Below the pieces are notes generated by a model. The model was not told where the DNA came from. It saw nothing but the letters and a program-made list of their open reading frames with translations, and ran no database searches. A program made the translations under genes and the position numbers. Positions 29,593 to 40,042 of a DNA stretch of 41,010 bases are shown here, one piece after another; within the stretch, counting starts at the first letter, position 1, and each line of letters opens with the position of its first letter. The DNA comes from Thermoplasmata archaeon (GTDB taxonomy: Archaea; Thermoplasmatota; Thermoplasmata; Lutacidiplasmatales; UBA184), in the NCBI GenBank assembly GCA_021828085.1, contig JAKATE010000002.1, positions 1 to 41,010 on the forward strand, written 5' to 3'.

Positions 29593-29937
29593 ATGGGGAG
29601 GACGAGCGGGGGGAACCCGCCAGTGAGCGCCGCTGTGGAAGGGGCCTTCACGAAGGTTTGGGGAGAGGATGCCGTGGTGGCGCTCATCGCCCTCAAGGTG
29701 GAGACGGCAGAGGCCGACCACGTGGCCAGCGAGACCAGCAAGTTCTCCGAGGTCGAGGACGTCTTCCTGGTCACCGGGGACACCGACATCTTTCTCAAGG
29801 TCCGCTTCCCGCACTACGGGGAGCTCAAGGACTTCGTGCTCCACCGGCTCCCCGAGGTGAAGGGGATCCGGGAGAGCAAGACGCTCCTCGTCGTCACCGC
29901 CTACAAGGAGGCCGGCGAGCGCCGGGGGACCCCGTGA
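29593..29937 (+). CDS. Stand-alone Lrp/AsnC ligand-binding (RAM) domain protein
   Basis: VEDVFLVTGDTDIFLKV...GIRESKTLLV. No HTH domain. Confidence 0.88.
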   Translation: MGRTSGGNPPVSAAVEGAFTKVWGEDAVVALIALKVETAEADHVASETSKFSEVEDVFLVTGDTDIFLKVRFPHYGELKDFVLHRLPEVKGIRESKTLLVVTAYKEAGERRGTP

Positions 29938-30254
29938 GCAGCCCGAGCGCCTCCGGGGAGAGGGAGGGCGCGCTGGAGGCCTCCTTCGCCGGCCTTCCCC
30001 CGCTCGTGGAGAGCGCGCTTCACCGCGTCGCGCTCCTGCTCCATCAGCTCACCGAGGACGCCTCGCTCCCGCGGAACATCCGTCGCGGCGCGCAGGGGGC
30101 CCTCACCGAGCTGACGCGTCGGGGCGTGGCGGTGGACATGAAGGTCGCCGGCACCGTGGGGCTCCTCGACGAGCTCGCCAATGACGTGAACCTCCCCCAG
30201 CACGGGCGGACGGCCATCTGGGGGATCATCAGCCAGCTGGAGAGCCTGCGGTGA
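29934..30254 (+). CDS. UPF0147 family protein
   Basis: DASLPRNIRR, LDELANDVNLPQHGRTAIWGIISQLE. GTGA overlap with the preceding gene. Confidence 0.88.
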   Translation: MSSPSASGEREGALEASFAGLPPLVESALHRVALLLHQLTEDASLPRNIRRGAQGALTELTRRGVAVDMKVAGTVGLLDELANDVNLPQHGRTAIWGIISQLESLR

Positions 30255-30310
30255 GCGGACTCCCTATGCTCCGGGCCCCCCGCGGGCACGGAGGATCCCC
30301 CTGTTCCCAT

Positions 30311-30456
30311 GGGCCCGTAGCTCAGGCCGGTAGGTCGGAGGAGCGATCCTCCGGCCCGGTGAAGAGCACCCGGCTTTTAACCGGATGGTCCGGGGTTCGA
30401 ATGGCCGCAAGCCTCCCGAGGGGGAGCGAGGCGGCCCGAAGCTCCCCGCGGGCCCG
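30311..30456 (+). tRNA. tRNA-Lys(UUU) with two non-canonical introns (about 30333-30361 in the D-loop; 30402-30442 at 59/60 in the T-loop)
   Basis: Acceptor stem GGGCCCG/CGGGCCC with G73, D stem GCTC/GAGC, anticodon loop CTTTTAA (TTT at 30376-30378), T stem CGGGG/CCCCG with TTCGAA|T. CCA is not encoded. Confidence 0.93.
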
Positions 30457-30489
30457 TCTGCTGCGGCCCGCCGGGAAAGGGGGGACTCC

Positions 30490-30846
30490 GTGAGCCCCGC
30501 GAAGAGCCCCCCCGCGCGGCGTCGCGCGGCGAAGCCCAAGGCGGCCCCTCCGGAGCCGGCCAAGCCCTCCGGCCCCACCGCGCGGCACCAGCTGGTGCCG
30601 GCCCACGAGCTCCTGAGCGCCGAGGAGGGGGCCCGGGTGCTCGCCGACCTGGGGGTCCCGGTCGAGCGGCTCCCCAAGATCCTCCTCGACGATGCCGGTC
30701 TTCGCACCGATCCGAAGTTCTCCGAGCACGTGGAGAAGGACGGGCTCACGGGCCTCGTCGGCCGCCTCGTGCGCATCCATCGTCCCAGCCCTACCGCCGG
30801 CAGCTCGGTGGCCTACCGGGTCATCGTGGCCAGCGCGGAGGAATGA
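30490..30846 (+). CDS. rpoH: DNA-directed RNA polymerase subunit H (Rpo5)
   Basis: HQLVPAHELLS, LPKI and IHRPSPTAGSSVAYRVIV. Start moved to GTG 30490 because the longer ORF overlaps the tRNA. Confidence 0.92.
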   Translation: MSPAKSPPARRRAAKPKAAPPEPAKPSGPTARHQLVPAHELLSAEEGARVLADLGVPVERLPKILLDDAGLRTDPKFSEHVEKDGLTGLVGRLVRIHRPSPTAGSSVAYRVIVASAEE

Positions 30847-30852
30847 AGGTCC

Positions 30853-33800
30853 ATGAGAGAGATCGTCGACGCTTTCTTCCGCGAGCGCTCCATCGTGAAC
30901 CACCACCTCGCCAGCTTCAACGACTTCTTGCCCTCGGACGACAACCGCAACTCGCGCATGCAGCGCATCGTCGACGAGGCGCGGGTGAGCGAGGACTCCT
31001 CCGAGCGGGGGATCATCCGCCTGGACGTCCAGAAGACCAAGAGCTCCATCTTCGTGCGCGTCGGGCGCCGGCGCGACAAGAACGGCCAGGTCGACCCCCA
31101 CGAGCCGGGGACCATCAGCGTCGGGAGCCCCTTCGTGAAGGAGGCGGTGGGGAGCAAGCCCTCGGTGACGCCCATGGAGGCGCGCCTGAGGAACCTGACC
31201 TACCTCGCCCCCATCGAGCTCACCATCACCGTGGTGGAGAACGGCGTCGAGCGGGCCCCCGAGACCGTGCACATCGGCGACATCCCCGTGATGGTGAAGA
31301 GCCGGTTGTGCAGCCTGCACCGGGCCAACATCGAGAAGGCGAGCCAGTTCACCCTCTCCCCCGAGGAGTACCGGGCGAAGCTCGTGGAGTACGGGGAGGA
31401 CCCGCTGGACCCCGGCGGCTACTTCATCATCGGCGGCACCGAGCGGGTCATCATCTCCCTGGAGGACCTCGCCCCCAACCGGATCTTCGCCGAGTTCAAC
31501 GAGCGCTACGGCACCCCCGTGGAGAGCGCCAAGGTCTTCTCCCAGCGCGGCGGCTATCGGAGCCTCACGGTGGTGGAGAAGAAGAAGGACGGGATCCTGC
31601 AGGTCTCGGTCCCCTCGGCGAGCGGACAGATCCCCCTGGTCGTCCTGATGAAGGCGCTGGGGATGAAGAACGACGAGGAGATCTACCAGGCCGTCCTCGG
31701 CGAGCTCCTCCCGCTCAACGAGGCCTTCGTGGAGACCATGAAGCACCTCCTCAACGTGAACCTGGAGGAGTGCACGAGCAAGAAGACCTACCCTCCGGAG
31801 GGGATCCTCACCACGGAGGACGCCCTGCTCTACCTGGAGAAGAAGTTCGCCACGGGCCAGGCCAAGGAGTACCGGCAGCGCAAGGTCGACGGGATCCTCG
31901 ACCACTCGCTCCTTCCGCACCTGGGCGACACCGCCCAGGACCGCCTGAAGAAGGCCCTCTACCTGGGCCGGATCGCCCGGACGGTCCTCGAGCTCTACCT
32001 CGGCCAGCGCGGCGAGGATGACAAGGACCACTACGCGAACAAGCGCCTGAAGCTCGCCGGGGACCTCATGGAGGACCTTTTCCGGGTGGCCTTCACCCTC
32101 CTCCTGAAGGACCTGAAGTACCAGCTGGAGCGCTCCTTCACGCGCAAGAAGGACCTTCGGATCTCCTCGGCCATCCGGCCGGACCTGCTCACGCAGAGGC
32201 TCGTCCACGCCCTCGCCACCGGTAACTGGGTCGGAGGACGGGCCGGGGTGAGCCAGCTGCTCGACCGGACGAGCCACATGTCCACCATCTCCCACCTGCG
32301 CCGGGTGACGAGCCCGCTCACCCGGAGCCAGCCGCACTTCGAGGCGCGCGACCTGCACCCGACGCAGTTCGGGCGGCTCTGCCCGAACGAGACCCCCGAG
32401 GGGCAGAACTGCGGGCTCGTGAAGAACTACGCCCTCGCCGTGGACGTCAGCGAGGGGGCCGACGAGGAGGAGGTGGCCCTCCTCCTGCGCGACCTCAACA
32501 CCCGCGAGATCGGGCCGGAGGTCTTCCAGGAGGCGCCCAGCGGCAAGGGACGCCGCGCGGCCCGGGTCTTCGTCAACGGCAACCTGGTCGGTCTCCACTC
32601 GAACCCCGAGGAGCTCGTCCGCGAGCTGCGCGAGCGGCGCCGGAGCGGCACGCTCTCGCCCACCCTGGGGGACCGAATCTACGAGATCAACACCCGCTAC
32701 GACGCCGAGATGAACGAGGTCATCGTCAACTGCGACAGCGGTCGGCTGCGCCGCCCGCTCCTGGTGGTGCGCCAGGCCGCCCCCCGGGTGAGCCGGGAGG
32801 ACCTCGACGAGCTCTCCCGGGGGACGCTCTCCTTCGCCGACCTCATCCGGGGCGGCAAGGTGGAGTGGGTCGACGCCGAGGAGGAGGAGGATTCCCTCGT
32901 GGCCGTGGCCCCGTACGTCATCCCCGAACGCTGCCCGAAGTGCCACCGCTCGATCTCGCGGGGCGATCAGCGCTGGACGAACGTCGGGGACCGGGCCCCG
33001 GAGGCGAAGCTCTCCTGCCTGCGCTGCGGGGAGGACTACTCGGTCCCGCTCTCGCTCGGGAAGGATCACACCCATCTCGAGATCGACCCCAACCTGATGC
33101 TGGGGGTCTGCACGGGCCTCATCCCGTACCCGGAGCACAACTCCACCCCTCGCAACACCATGGGCTCGGGGATGGCCAAGCAGTCCCTGGGGGTGGAGTC
33201 GGTGAACTACCGGCGCCGCCCGGACACCCGAGGGCACCTGCTGCACTATCCCCAGGCCCCGCTGCTGCGCACCCAGACCATGCGCTACGTGCACTTCACC
33301 GAGAGGCCGGCCGGGCAGAACTTCGTCGTGGCCGTCATCTCCTACGAGGGGTACAACATGCAGGATGCGCTCATCCTGAACCGCTCGGCGGTGGACCGGG
33401 GGCTCGGGCGCTCCTCGTTCTTCAGGACCTACCGCTCGGAGGAGCGCAAGTACCCGGGAGGACAGGAGGACCGCTTCGAGATCCCCCGGCCCGACGTCGC
33501 TGGGGCGCGCGTCGACACCGCCTACCGGAGCCTGGGGGAGGATGGGCTCATCTTCCCCGAGATGCAGGTCGCCGAGGGGGACGTGCTCATCGGCAAGACC
33601 TCCCCCCCGCGCTTCCTGGAGGAGAAGACCGACCTGCTCACCCCCCAGAAGCGCCGGGAGACCTCCGTCACGGTCCGGGCCGGGGAGAGCGGCTGGGTCG
33701 ACTCCGTGGTCCTCACCGAGGGGGAGAACATCTCCAAGCTGGTCAAGGTCAAGGTGCGCAACGAGCGCATCCCCGAGCTGGGAGACAAGTTCGCCTCGCG

Positions 33801-34524
33801 CCACGGGCAGAAGGGGGTGGTGGGGCTCGTGGTCGCCCAGGAGGACATGCCCTTCAACCGGCACGGCATCTGTCCGGACCTCATCATCAACCCCCACGCC
33901 ATCCCCTCCCGGATGACGGTGGCCCACGTCCTCGAGATGCTCGGGGGCAAGGTGGGCTCGCTGGAGGGCCGGTTCATCGATGGGACCGCCTTCTCCGGGG
34001 AGCGGGAGGAGGCGCTGCGGGAGTCCCTCAAGGACCTCGGCCTCGCCCCCTCGGGGCGGGAGATCCTCTACGACGGCCGGACCGGCCGGCGGATGGAGGC
34101 GGAGATCTTCATGGGCGTGATCTACTACCAGAAGCTCCACCACATGGTGGCCGGGAAGCTCCACATGCGCTCCCGCGGCCCCGTGCAGATCCTCACCCGG
34201 CAGCCCACCGAGGGGCGGAGCCGGCAGGGGGGTCTTAGGTTCGGAGAGATGGAGCGCGACACGCTCATCGGGCACGGGGTGGCCATGGTCATCAAGGACC
34301 GGCTGCTCGACCAGTCCGACGGGACCACGCAGTACGTCTGCGGCAACCCGGCCTGCGGGCACATCGCCATCCCCGACCATCGGGCCGGGACGCTGCGCTG
34401 CCCGACGTGCGGGAACACCTCGTCCATCTACCAGGTGGAGATGAGCTACTCGTTCAAGCTCCTGCTGGACGAGCTCATGAGCCTCGGCGTGGTCATGCGG
34501 CTCAACCTCGAGGACATGAAGTAG
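30853..34524 (+). CDS. rpoB: DNA-directed RNA polymerase subunit B (Rpo2, unsplit)
   Basis: [39 protein letters not shown] and [11 protein letters not shown]. Confidence 0.98.
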   Translation: MREIVDAFFRERSIVNHHLASFNDFLPSDDNRNSRMQRIVDEARVSEDSSERGIIRLDVQKTKSSIFVRVGRRRDKNGQVDPHEPGTISVGSPFVKEAVGSKPSVTPMEARLRNLTYLAPIELTITVVENGVERAPETVHIGDIPVMVKSRLCSLHRANIEKASQFTLSPEEYRAKLVEYGEDPLDPGGYFIIGGTERVIISLEDLAPNRIFAEFNERYGTPVESAKVFSQRGGYRSLTVVEKKKDGILQVSVPSASGQIPLVVLMKALGMKNDEEIYQAVLGELLPLNEAFVETMKHLLNVNLEECTSKKTYPPEGILTTEDALLYLEKKFATGQAKEYRQRKVDGILDHSLLPHLGDTAQDRLKKALYLGRIARTVLELYLGQRGEDDKDHYANKRLKLAGDLMEDLFRVAFTLLLKDLKYQLERSFTRKKDLRISSAIRPDLLTQRLVHALATGNWVGGRAGVSQLLDRTSHMSTISHLRRVTSPLTRSQPHFEARDLHPTQFGRLCPNETPEGQNCGLVKNYALAVDVSEGADEEEVALLLRDLNTREIGPEVFQEAPSGKGRRAARVFVNGNLVGLHSNPEELVRELRERRRSGTLSPTLGDRIYEINTRYDAEMNEVIVNCDSGRLRRPLLVVRQAAPRVSREDLDELSRGTLSFADLIRGGKVEWVDAEEEEDSLVAVAPYVIPERCPKCHRSISRGDQRWTNVGDRAPEAKLSCLRCGEDYSVPLSLGKDHTHLEIDPNLMLGVCTGLIPYPEHNSTPRNTMGSGMAKQSLGVESVNYRRRPDTRGHLLHYPQAPLLRTQTMRYVHFTERPAGQNFVVAVISYEGYNMQDALILNRSAVDRGLGRSSFFRTYRSEERKYPGGQEDRFEIPRPDVAGARVDTAYRSLGEDGLIFPEMQVAEGDVLIGKTSPPRFLEEKTDLLTPQKRRETSVTVRAGESGWVDSVVLTEGENISKLVKVKVRNERIPELGDKFASRHGQKGVVGLVVAQEDMPFNRHGICPDLIINPHAIPSRMTVAHVLEMLGGKVGSLEGRFIDGTAFSGEREEALRESLKDLGLAPSGREILYDGRTGRRMEAEIFMGVIYYQKLHHMVAGKLHMRSRGPVQILTRQPTEGRSRQGGLRFGEMERDTLIGHGVAMVIKDRLLDQSDGTTQYVCGNPACGHIAIPDHRAGTLRCPTCGNTSSIYQVEMSYSFKLLLDELMSLGVVMRLNLEDMK

Positions 34525-34532
34525 GAGGGTCC

Positions 34533-37319
34533 ATGCCGAGCGGTCTCAGCAAGCGCATCAAGAGCCTCCAGTTCGCCTTCCTCTCCCCGGACGAGATCCG
34601 GAGGATGAGCGCGGTGAAGGTCATCACCGCGGACACCTACGACGACGACGGCTACCCCATCGAGATGGGCCTGATGGACCTCCACATGGGGGTCATCGAG
34701 CCGAACCTGCGCTGCCGCACCTGCGGCGGGCGCGTCAACGAGTGCCCCGGGCACTTCGGGATCATCGAGCTGGCCATGCCCGTGATCCACGTCGGCTACG
34801 CCAAGGAGATCAAGCGTCTCCTCCAGGTGACCTGCCGGGCCTGCGGCCGGAAGCTCCCCGAGTCGGGGAGCTCGCGGACGCCCGCGCTGGGGACCGAGGG
34901 GGAGCCCTTCGCCCCGAGCCGCCCCTCGCGGGAGGAGCGCGCCTGCCCGTTCTGCGGGGAGGTCCAGCAGAAGATCATCCTCGACAAGCCCACCACCTTC
35001 CGGGAGAACGGCCACAAGATCACCCCCAAGGAGGTCCGCGCGCGTCTCGAGCGGATCCCCGACGCGGACGTCATCGAGCTGGGGCTCGACCCCAAGTTCG
35101 GCCGGCCGGAGTGGCTGGTGCTCACCGTGCTGCCCGTCCCGCCGGTGGCGGTCCGGCCTTCCATCACCCTGGAGAGCGGGGAGCGATCCGAGGACGACCT
35201 CACCCACAAGCTCGTGGACGTGCTGAGGATCAACCAGCGTCTGCGCGAGAACCGCGACATGGGGGCCCCGCAGCTGGTGGTGGAGGACCTCTGGGAGCTC
35301 CTCCAGTACCACGTCACCACCTACTTCGACAACCAGACCAGCGGCATCCCGCCGGCGCGCCACCGCTCCGGCCGCCCGCTCAAGACCCTGGTCCAGCGGC
35401 TCAAGGGGAAGGATGGCCGCTTCCGCTCGAACCTTTCGGGAAAGCGCGTGAACTTCTCCGCCCGCACCGTCATCAGCCCGGACCCGCTGCTCTCCATCAA
35501 CGAGGTGGGCATCCCCGTGGAGGTGGCCCGGGCCCTCACGGTCCCGCTGGAGGTCACCCCCTTCAACCTGGAGGTGGCCCGGCAGCTGGTCGCCCACGGC
35601 CCCGCGCCCGCCCCGGTGAACGGTCGCTACGCGCCCGGGGTGAACTACCTGGTGCGCGAGGACGGACAGCGCATCAAGGTCATGGAGAAGAACGCCGAGA
35701 TGTGCTCGACGATGGTGAACCCCGGCTGCGTGGTCGAGCGCCAGCTCATCGACGGGGACATCGTGCTGTTCAACCGGCAGCCCTCGCTGCACCGGATGAG
35801 CATGATGGCCCACTTCGTCCGGATCCTGCCGTACAAGACGTTCCGGTTCAATCTCTGCGACTGCACGCCGTACAACGCCGACTTCGACGGCGACGAGATG
35901 AACCTGCACGTCCTGCAGAGCCAGGAGGCGCGCGCCGAGGCCAAGGTGATCATGCAGGTCCAGGAGCACGTGCTCTCCCCCCGTTTCGGGGGCCCCATCA
36001 TCGGGATGATCCACGACCACATCACGGCGTCCTTCCTGCTCACGCACCTCAACCCCCGCTTCGACCGCGGCGAGACGACCTACCTGCTCAGCAAGGTGGA
36101 CCTGCCGCTCCCGCCGCCCGCCGGGAAGGACAAGTCCGGGGAGTACTGGACGGGGAAGCAGCTGTTCAGCCTCACGCTCCCGAAGGACCTCTCGGTGGAG
36201 TTCCGCAGCTCCATCTGCAGCCACGGCTCCAACGCCGAGCCCAAGGCCCACGAGGGGGACGACTGCCTCGTGGTGGTGGAGAAGGGCGTGCTGGAGAGGG
36301 GGACCATCGACGCGAAGGCGATCTCGGCGGGCAAGGGGGTCATCCTGGACGCCATCGCCCGCAACGATGGGCCGGACGCGGCCCGGCGCTTCCTCGACCT
36401 GATGAGCCGGCTGTGCATCACCGCGATCAGCCTCAAAGGGCTCTCCACGGGGATCGACGACGAGGACGTCCCCGAGGAGGCGCGCCGGCAGATCGCCCGG
36501 GTCATGACCACGGCCCGGGAGGAGGTCGCCCGGCTCGTCGACTCCTACCACCGGGGCGAGATGGAGCAGATGCCCGGGCGGACGCTGGAAGAGACCCTCG
36601 AGGTGAACATCCGCTCGACGCTCTCGAAGGCCCGGGACCAGGCCGGCGACATCGCCGGGAAGTACCTGGGGCTCGACAACCCCGCCGTGATCCTCGCGAA
36701 GAGCGGGGCGCGGGGGACCATGCTGAACCTGACCCAGATGGCCGGGGCCGTGGGACAGCAGTCGGTGCGGGGGGAGCGGCTGCTCCGCGGCTACTACGAC
36801 CGGACGCTTCCGCACTTCCCCCGGGGCGACCTGGGGGCCGAGGCGCGCGGGTTCGTCTCGTCGAGCTACAAGAAGGGACTCTCCCCCACGGAGTACTTCT
36901 TCCACAGCATGGGAGGGCGCGAGGGGCTTGTCGACACGGCCGTGCGGACGAGCCGCTCCGGCTACATGCAGCGGCGGCTCATCAACGCCCTCGAGGACCT
37001 CCGGGTGGAGGAGGACGCCACCGTCCGCAACACGGCCGGGACCGTCATCCAGTACCGCTACGGCGAGGACAGCGTCGACCCCTCGCGCTCCGTGCAGGGG
37101 AAGGCGGTCATCGTCGACGAGGTGCTCCGGGAGGCGCTCGGGAAGCGCTACCGGCCCGAGGAGCTCCTGCGCGGCGAGGGGCTCGAGGGTACCACTCCCG
37201 TGGGGGAGGAGGAGCTCGACCTGCTCGCCGAGGCCCAGCTCGAGGAAGAGGCGGAGGAAGAGGAGATGGAGGAAGGCGGCGGCGAGGGCTCCGAGGGTCC
37301 CGAGACGGGGGGCGATTGA
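34533..37319 (+). CDS. rpoA1: DNA-directed RNA polymerase subunit A' (Rpo1N)
   Basis: CPGHFG, catalytic [11 protein letters not shown] and [14 protein letters not shown] 34533 with a GGAGG SD. Confidence 0.98.
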   Translation: MPSGLSKRIKSLQFAFLSPDEIRRMSAVKVITADTYDDDGYPIEMGLMDLHMGVIEPNLRCRTCGGRVNECPGHFGIIELAMPVIHVGYAKEIKRLLQVTCRACGRKLPESGSSRTPALGTEGEPFAPSRPSREERACPFCGEVQQKIILDKPTTFRENGHKITPKEVRARLERIPDADVIELGLDPKFGRPEWLVLTVLPVPPVAVRPSITLESGERSEDDLTHKLVDVLRINQRLRENRDMGAPQLVVEDLWELLQYHVTTYFDNQTSGIPPARHRSGRPLKTLVQRLKGKDGRFRSNLSGKRVNFSARTVISPDPLLSINEVGIPVEVARALTVPLEVTPFNLEVARQLVAHGPAPAPVNGRYAPGVNYLVREDGQRIKVMEKNAEMCSTMVNPGCVVERQLIDGDIVLFNRQPSLHRMSMMAHFVRILPYKTFRFNLCDCTPYNADFDGDEMNLHVLQSQEARAEAKVIMQVQEHVLSPRFGGPIIGMIHDHITASFLLTHLNPRFDRGETTYLLSKVDLPLPPPAGKDKSGEYWTGKQLFSLTLPKDLSVEFRSSICSHGSNAEPKAHEGDDCLVVVEKGVLERGTIDAKAISAGKGVILDAIARNDGPDAARRFLDLMSRLCITAISLKGLSTGIDDEDVPEEARRQIARVMTTAREEVARLVDSYHRGEMEQMPGRTLEETLEVNIRSTLSKARDQAGDIAGKYLGLDNPAVILAKSGARGTMLNLTQMAGAVGQQSVRGERLLRGYYDRTLPHFPRGDLGAEARGFVSSSYKKGLSPTEYFFHSMGGREGLVDTAVRTSRSGYMQRRLINALEDLRVEEDATVRNTAGTVIQYRYGEDSVDPSRSVQGKAVIVDEVLREALGKRYRPEELLRGEGLEGTTPVGEEELDLLAEAQLEEEAEEEEMEEGGGEGSEGPETGGD

Positions 37320-37321
37320 GC

Positions 37322-38641
37322 ATGCCCGAGACGAAGGCCCGCGCGGATCGCATCTGGGAGACGCTGGACAAGCACGCGCGCCAGGCCGGGGTGGAGCTGC
37401 CCGTGGGCGTCGCCCGCGAGATCACCCGGAAGCTCTCCCGGATGCGCGACCTCTCCCCCGAGGAGACGCGCAAGGTCGCCCAGGAGCTCATCCGCCGCGT
37501 GAAGCGCGTGCGCGTCGACCCCCACGAGTCCGTGGGGATCGTGGCGGCGCAGAGCATCGGCGAGCCGGGCACGCAGATGACCCTGAGGACCTTCCACTAC
37601 GCCGGCGTGGCGGAGATGAACGTGACGCTGGGGCTCCCCCGGCTCATCGAGCTGGTGGACGCCCGACGCGTCCCCTCCACGCCCATGATGACCGTCTACG
37701 TGAAGCCCGGGGTCCACAAGGAGCTCTCCCGCGTGGAGGTCATCGCCCTGGGGATCGAGGTCACCATGGCCCCCGACGTGGCCAGCATCGGGACCGTGGT
37801 GGAGGAGCTCAAGGTCGTGGTGAGCCCGAAGGCGGGGCTCCTGCAGGGCCGGCGGCTCAAGCGCGCGAACCTGGAGGATGCGCTCCGGGGGAACCTGGAC
37901 CAGAAGCGCTTCGTCCTCTCGGACGGCTCCGGGGCCGGCGAGTCGCGCACCTTCGAGATCCACCTGGCCGACCTCCCCCCGCCCAAGGGAGGGAAGGAGC
38001 CCGAGGAGGACATGCCCTTCAAGCGCCTCCTGGAGGCGGCCGAGACGGTCCGGCAGATCCGCGTGACGGGGATCCCGGGGATCAAGCGCGCGCTCATCAA
38101 GAAGGAGAAGGACGAGTACGTGATCTACACCGAGGGGTCGAACCTCTCCGAGGTGCTCAAGGTGGAGGGGGTCGACGCGACCCGGACCACCACGAACAGC
38201 ATCTTCGAGATCTACCGCACCCTGGGGGTGGAGGCGGCGCGGACGGCGCTCGTGCAGGAGGCCTCGCGGACGCTCGGCGAGCAGGGGCTCACGGTGGACA
38301 TCCGCCACATCATGCTCGTCTCCGACCTCATGACCAACGAGGGGGACATCCGGGCCATCGGGCGGCACGGGATCTCGGGGAAGAAGACCTCGGTCCTGGC
38401 CCGCGCGGCCTTCGAGATCACCGCGGCGCATCTGCTCAAGGCGGCCATCACCGGCGAGGTGGACGAGCTCAAGGGGGTCGCCGAGAACATCATCGTGGGC
38501 CAGCCCATCACCCTGGGGACGGGGGCCGTCAACCTCATCTACCGTCAGCCCCCGCCGGGGGTGAAACCGGCCCAGCCGCCGGCCCCGCCGAGCCCTCCGC
38601 CGGTCGCCGCGGTGGAGAGCGAGGGGACCCCGGCGGCCTAG
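37322..38641 (+). CDS. rpoA2: DNA-directed RNA polymerase subunit A'' (Rpo1C)
   Basis: [29 protein letters not shown] and SVLARAAFE. True start is ATG 37322. Confidence 0.97.
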   Translation: MPETKARADRIWETLDKHARQAGVELPVGVAREITRKLSRMRDLSPEETRKVAQELIRRVKRVRVDPHESVGIVAAQSIGEPGTQMTLRTFHYAGVAEMNVTLGLPRLIELVDARRVPSTPMMTVYVKPGVHKELSRVEVIALGIEVTMAPDVASIGTVVEELKVVVSPKAGLLQGRRLKRANLEDALRGNLDQKRFVLSDGSGAGESRTFEIHLADLPPPKGGKEPEEDMPFKRLLEAAETVRQIRVTGIPGIKRALIKKEKDEYVIYTEGSNLSEVLKVEGVDATRTTTNSIFEIYRTLGVEAARTALVQEASRTLGEQGLTVDIRHIMLVSDLMTNEGDIRAIGRHGISGKKTSVLARAAFEITAAHLLKAAITGEVDELKGVAENIIVGQPITLGTGAVNLIYRQPPPGVKPAQPPAPPSPPPVAAVESEGTPAA

Positions 38642-38653
38642 GCGGGAGGGAAG

Positions 38654-38944
38654 ATGGACATCGCACACGCGCTCAAGGTCGCGCTCACCAGCGGAAAGGT
38701 CCGGGTCGGTCTCGCGGAGACCCTGGAGAGCCTGAAGGAGAAGCAGGCGAAGATCCTGATCGTCTCGAAGACCTGCCCGCATCCGACGTTGAGGGACTCC
38801 AAGCGGGTGGACGGCGTCCCCGTCTACCACTACGAGGGGAGTGCGCAGGAGCTCGGGGCGGCCTGCGGGAAGCCCTTCCCCATCTCCACGCTGGCCGTGG
38901 TGGACCCCGGCAGCAGCGCCATCCTCTCCCTCGAGACCGGCTGA
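38654..38944 (+). CDS. rpl30e: 50S ribosomal protein L30e
   Basis: ELGAACGKPF and VVDPGSSAIL motifs; conserved position after rpoA2. Confidence 0.93.
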   Translation: MDIAHALKVALTSGKVRVGLAETLESLKEKQAKILIVSKTCPHPTLRDSKRVDGVPVYHYEGSAQELGAACGKPFPISTLAVVDPGSSAILSLETG

Positions 38945-38978
38945 GCCCCGCGTCCGCCGAGCGAGCAACCCCTTCCCG

Positions 38979-39404
38979 ATGCCCGAGATCTCCTTCGACA
39001 ACACCCAGCTGGGCTACATCCGCCTCTTCGAGGGGCTCACCGGGGCCCGGGTGAAGGACTGCCTCGAGGCCGAGGACAAGATCGTCTTTGTCGTCGACCC
39101 CGGGGAGGTGCACCGGGCGGTGGGCCCGCACGGGGCCCTGATCGACCGGATCAAGACGCTCCTCAAGCGGGAGGTCCAGGTCGTGGAGTACTCCGACAAC
39201 AAGGAGGAGTTCCTGCGCAACCTCTTCTACCCCTTCTCGCCGAACAAGGTGGAGTTCTCCGAGAAGGGCGGGGGGCTCCACGTCACCGTGACGGTGGACC
39301 CCGCGTTCAAGGCGCGCGCCATCGGGACCAAGGGCAAGAACCTCAAGATCGTGCGCGCCGTGCTCCTCCGTCACACCGACGTGGTGTCGGTGAGCGTCGG
39401 ATAG
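38979..39404 (+). CDS. nusA: Archaeal NusA (two KH domains)
   Basis: FEGLTGARVKDC, AVGPHG, VVEYS and AIGTKGKN; operon position. Confidence 0.93.
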   Translation: MPEISFDNTQLGYIRLFEGLTGARVKDCLEAEDKIVFVVDPGEVHRAVGPHGALIDRIKTLLKREVQVVEYSDNKEEFLRNLFYPFSPNKVEFSEKGGGLHVTVTVDPAFKARAIGTKGKNLKIVRAVLLRHTDVVSVSVG

Positions 39405-39477
39405 GCACCGGGGCCGCGGGTTCCGGGCAACCGCTATTCCCCGGGAGGGCTCGCCCGTCCCCTCCGGGGAGCCTCCC

Positions 39478-39984
39478 ATGGAAAGTCTCGAGTTCGACCG
39501 GTTCCCGGCGCGGTCCCTTCTCGGCTGGGTGGTGGTGGGGTACCCGGACGAGGCGCTCGTACGGATCCTCGAGCCCGGTCGCGTCCACGAGTGGGGGGAT
39601 TCCCGGGGCGCGGGTAAGCACCCCGGCCAGAAGGTGCTCTTCCTGCAGACCGGCGGGCCGGTGCCCCGGTGGGTCGGGTGGGGAAGGGTCCTCGAGCCGG
39701 CGGAGAGCTGGAGGGTCCTCGGGACCCGCACGATCTGTGATGGGCGGTTCGACCCCCCGCTACCGGCCTGGGACCCCGTGAACCCTCGGCCCGCCGGAGG
39801 AGAGTGGGAGATCCGCTCTCTGGCGGCCACCCTCGGGCTGAGCTCGTTCCGCGAACGGACGCCCTACCTGGACAACGACGCCCGGGACCATCGGCTGACG
39901 GCGCGGGACTGTCACCGCCTGCTCGAGATGCAGCCGGCGCTCGCGCAGGCGTTCACCGGGAAGGAAGAGGCCGTCCCGGACTGA
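39478..39984 (+). CDS. Hypothetical protein, possible EVE/PUA-like domain
   Basis: Pattern W...W...PGQKVLFLQTG...VGWGRV...FDPPL...LT resembles an EVE domain. Confidence 0.55.
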   Translation: MESLEFDRFPARSLLGWVVVGYPDEALVRILEPGRVHEWGDSRGAGKHPGQKVLFLQTGGPVPRWVGWGRVLEPAESWRVLGTRTICDGRFDPPLPAWDPVNPRPAGGEWEIRSLAATLGLSSFRERTPYLDNDARDHRLTARDCHRLLEMQPALAQAFTGKEEAVPD

Positions 39985-40042
39985 GGCCCGGGGCGGGTCC
40001 CGTTCGCCACAACCGCCTTACCGCCCCGGGGCTCAGTGGGAC

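Noticed and set aside
30385-30489. N-terminal part of the 153-aa rpoH ORF
   Set aside because: It overlaps the tRNA-Lys 3' half and its intron, so it is unlikely to be coding.
34742-37321. Apparent 1299-aa RpoA'' with a long N-terminal extension
   Set aside because: The extension is an off-frame read of rpoA1. The real gene starts at ATG 37322.
39437-39470. GC-rich hairpin after nusA as a terminator
   Set aside because: No U-tract follows it, and such hairpins arise readily at this GC content.
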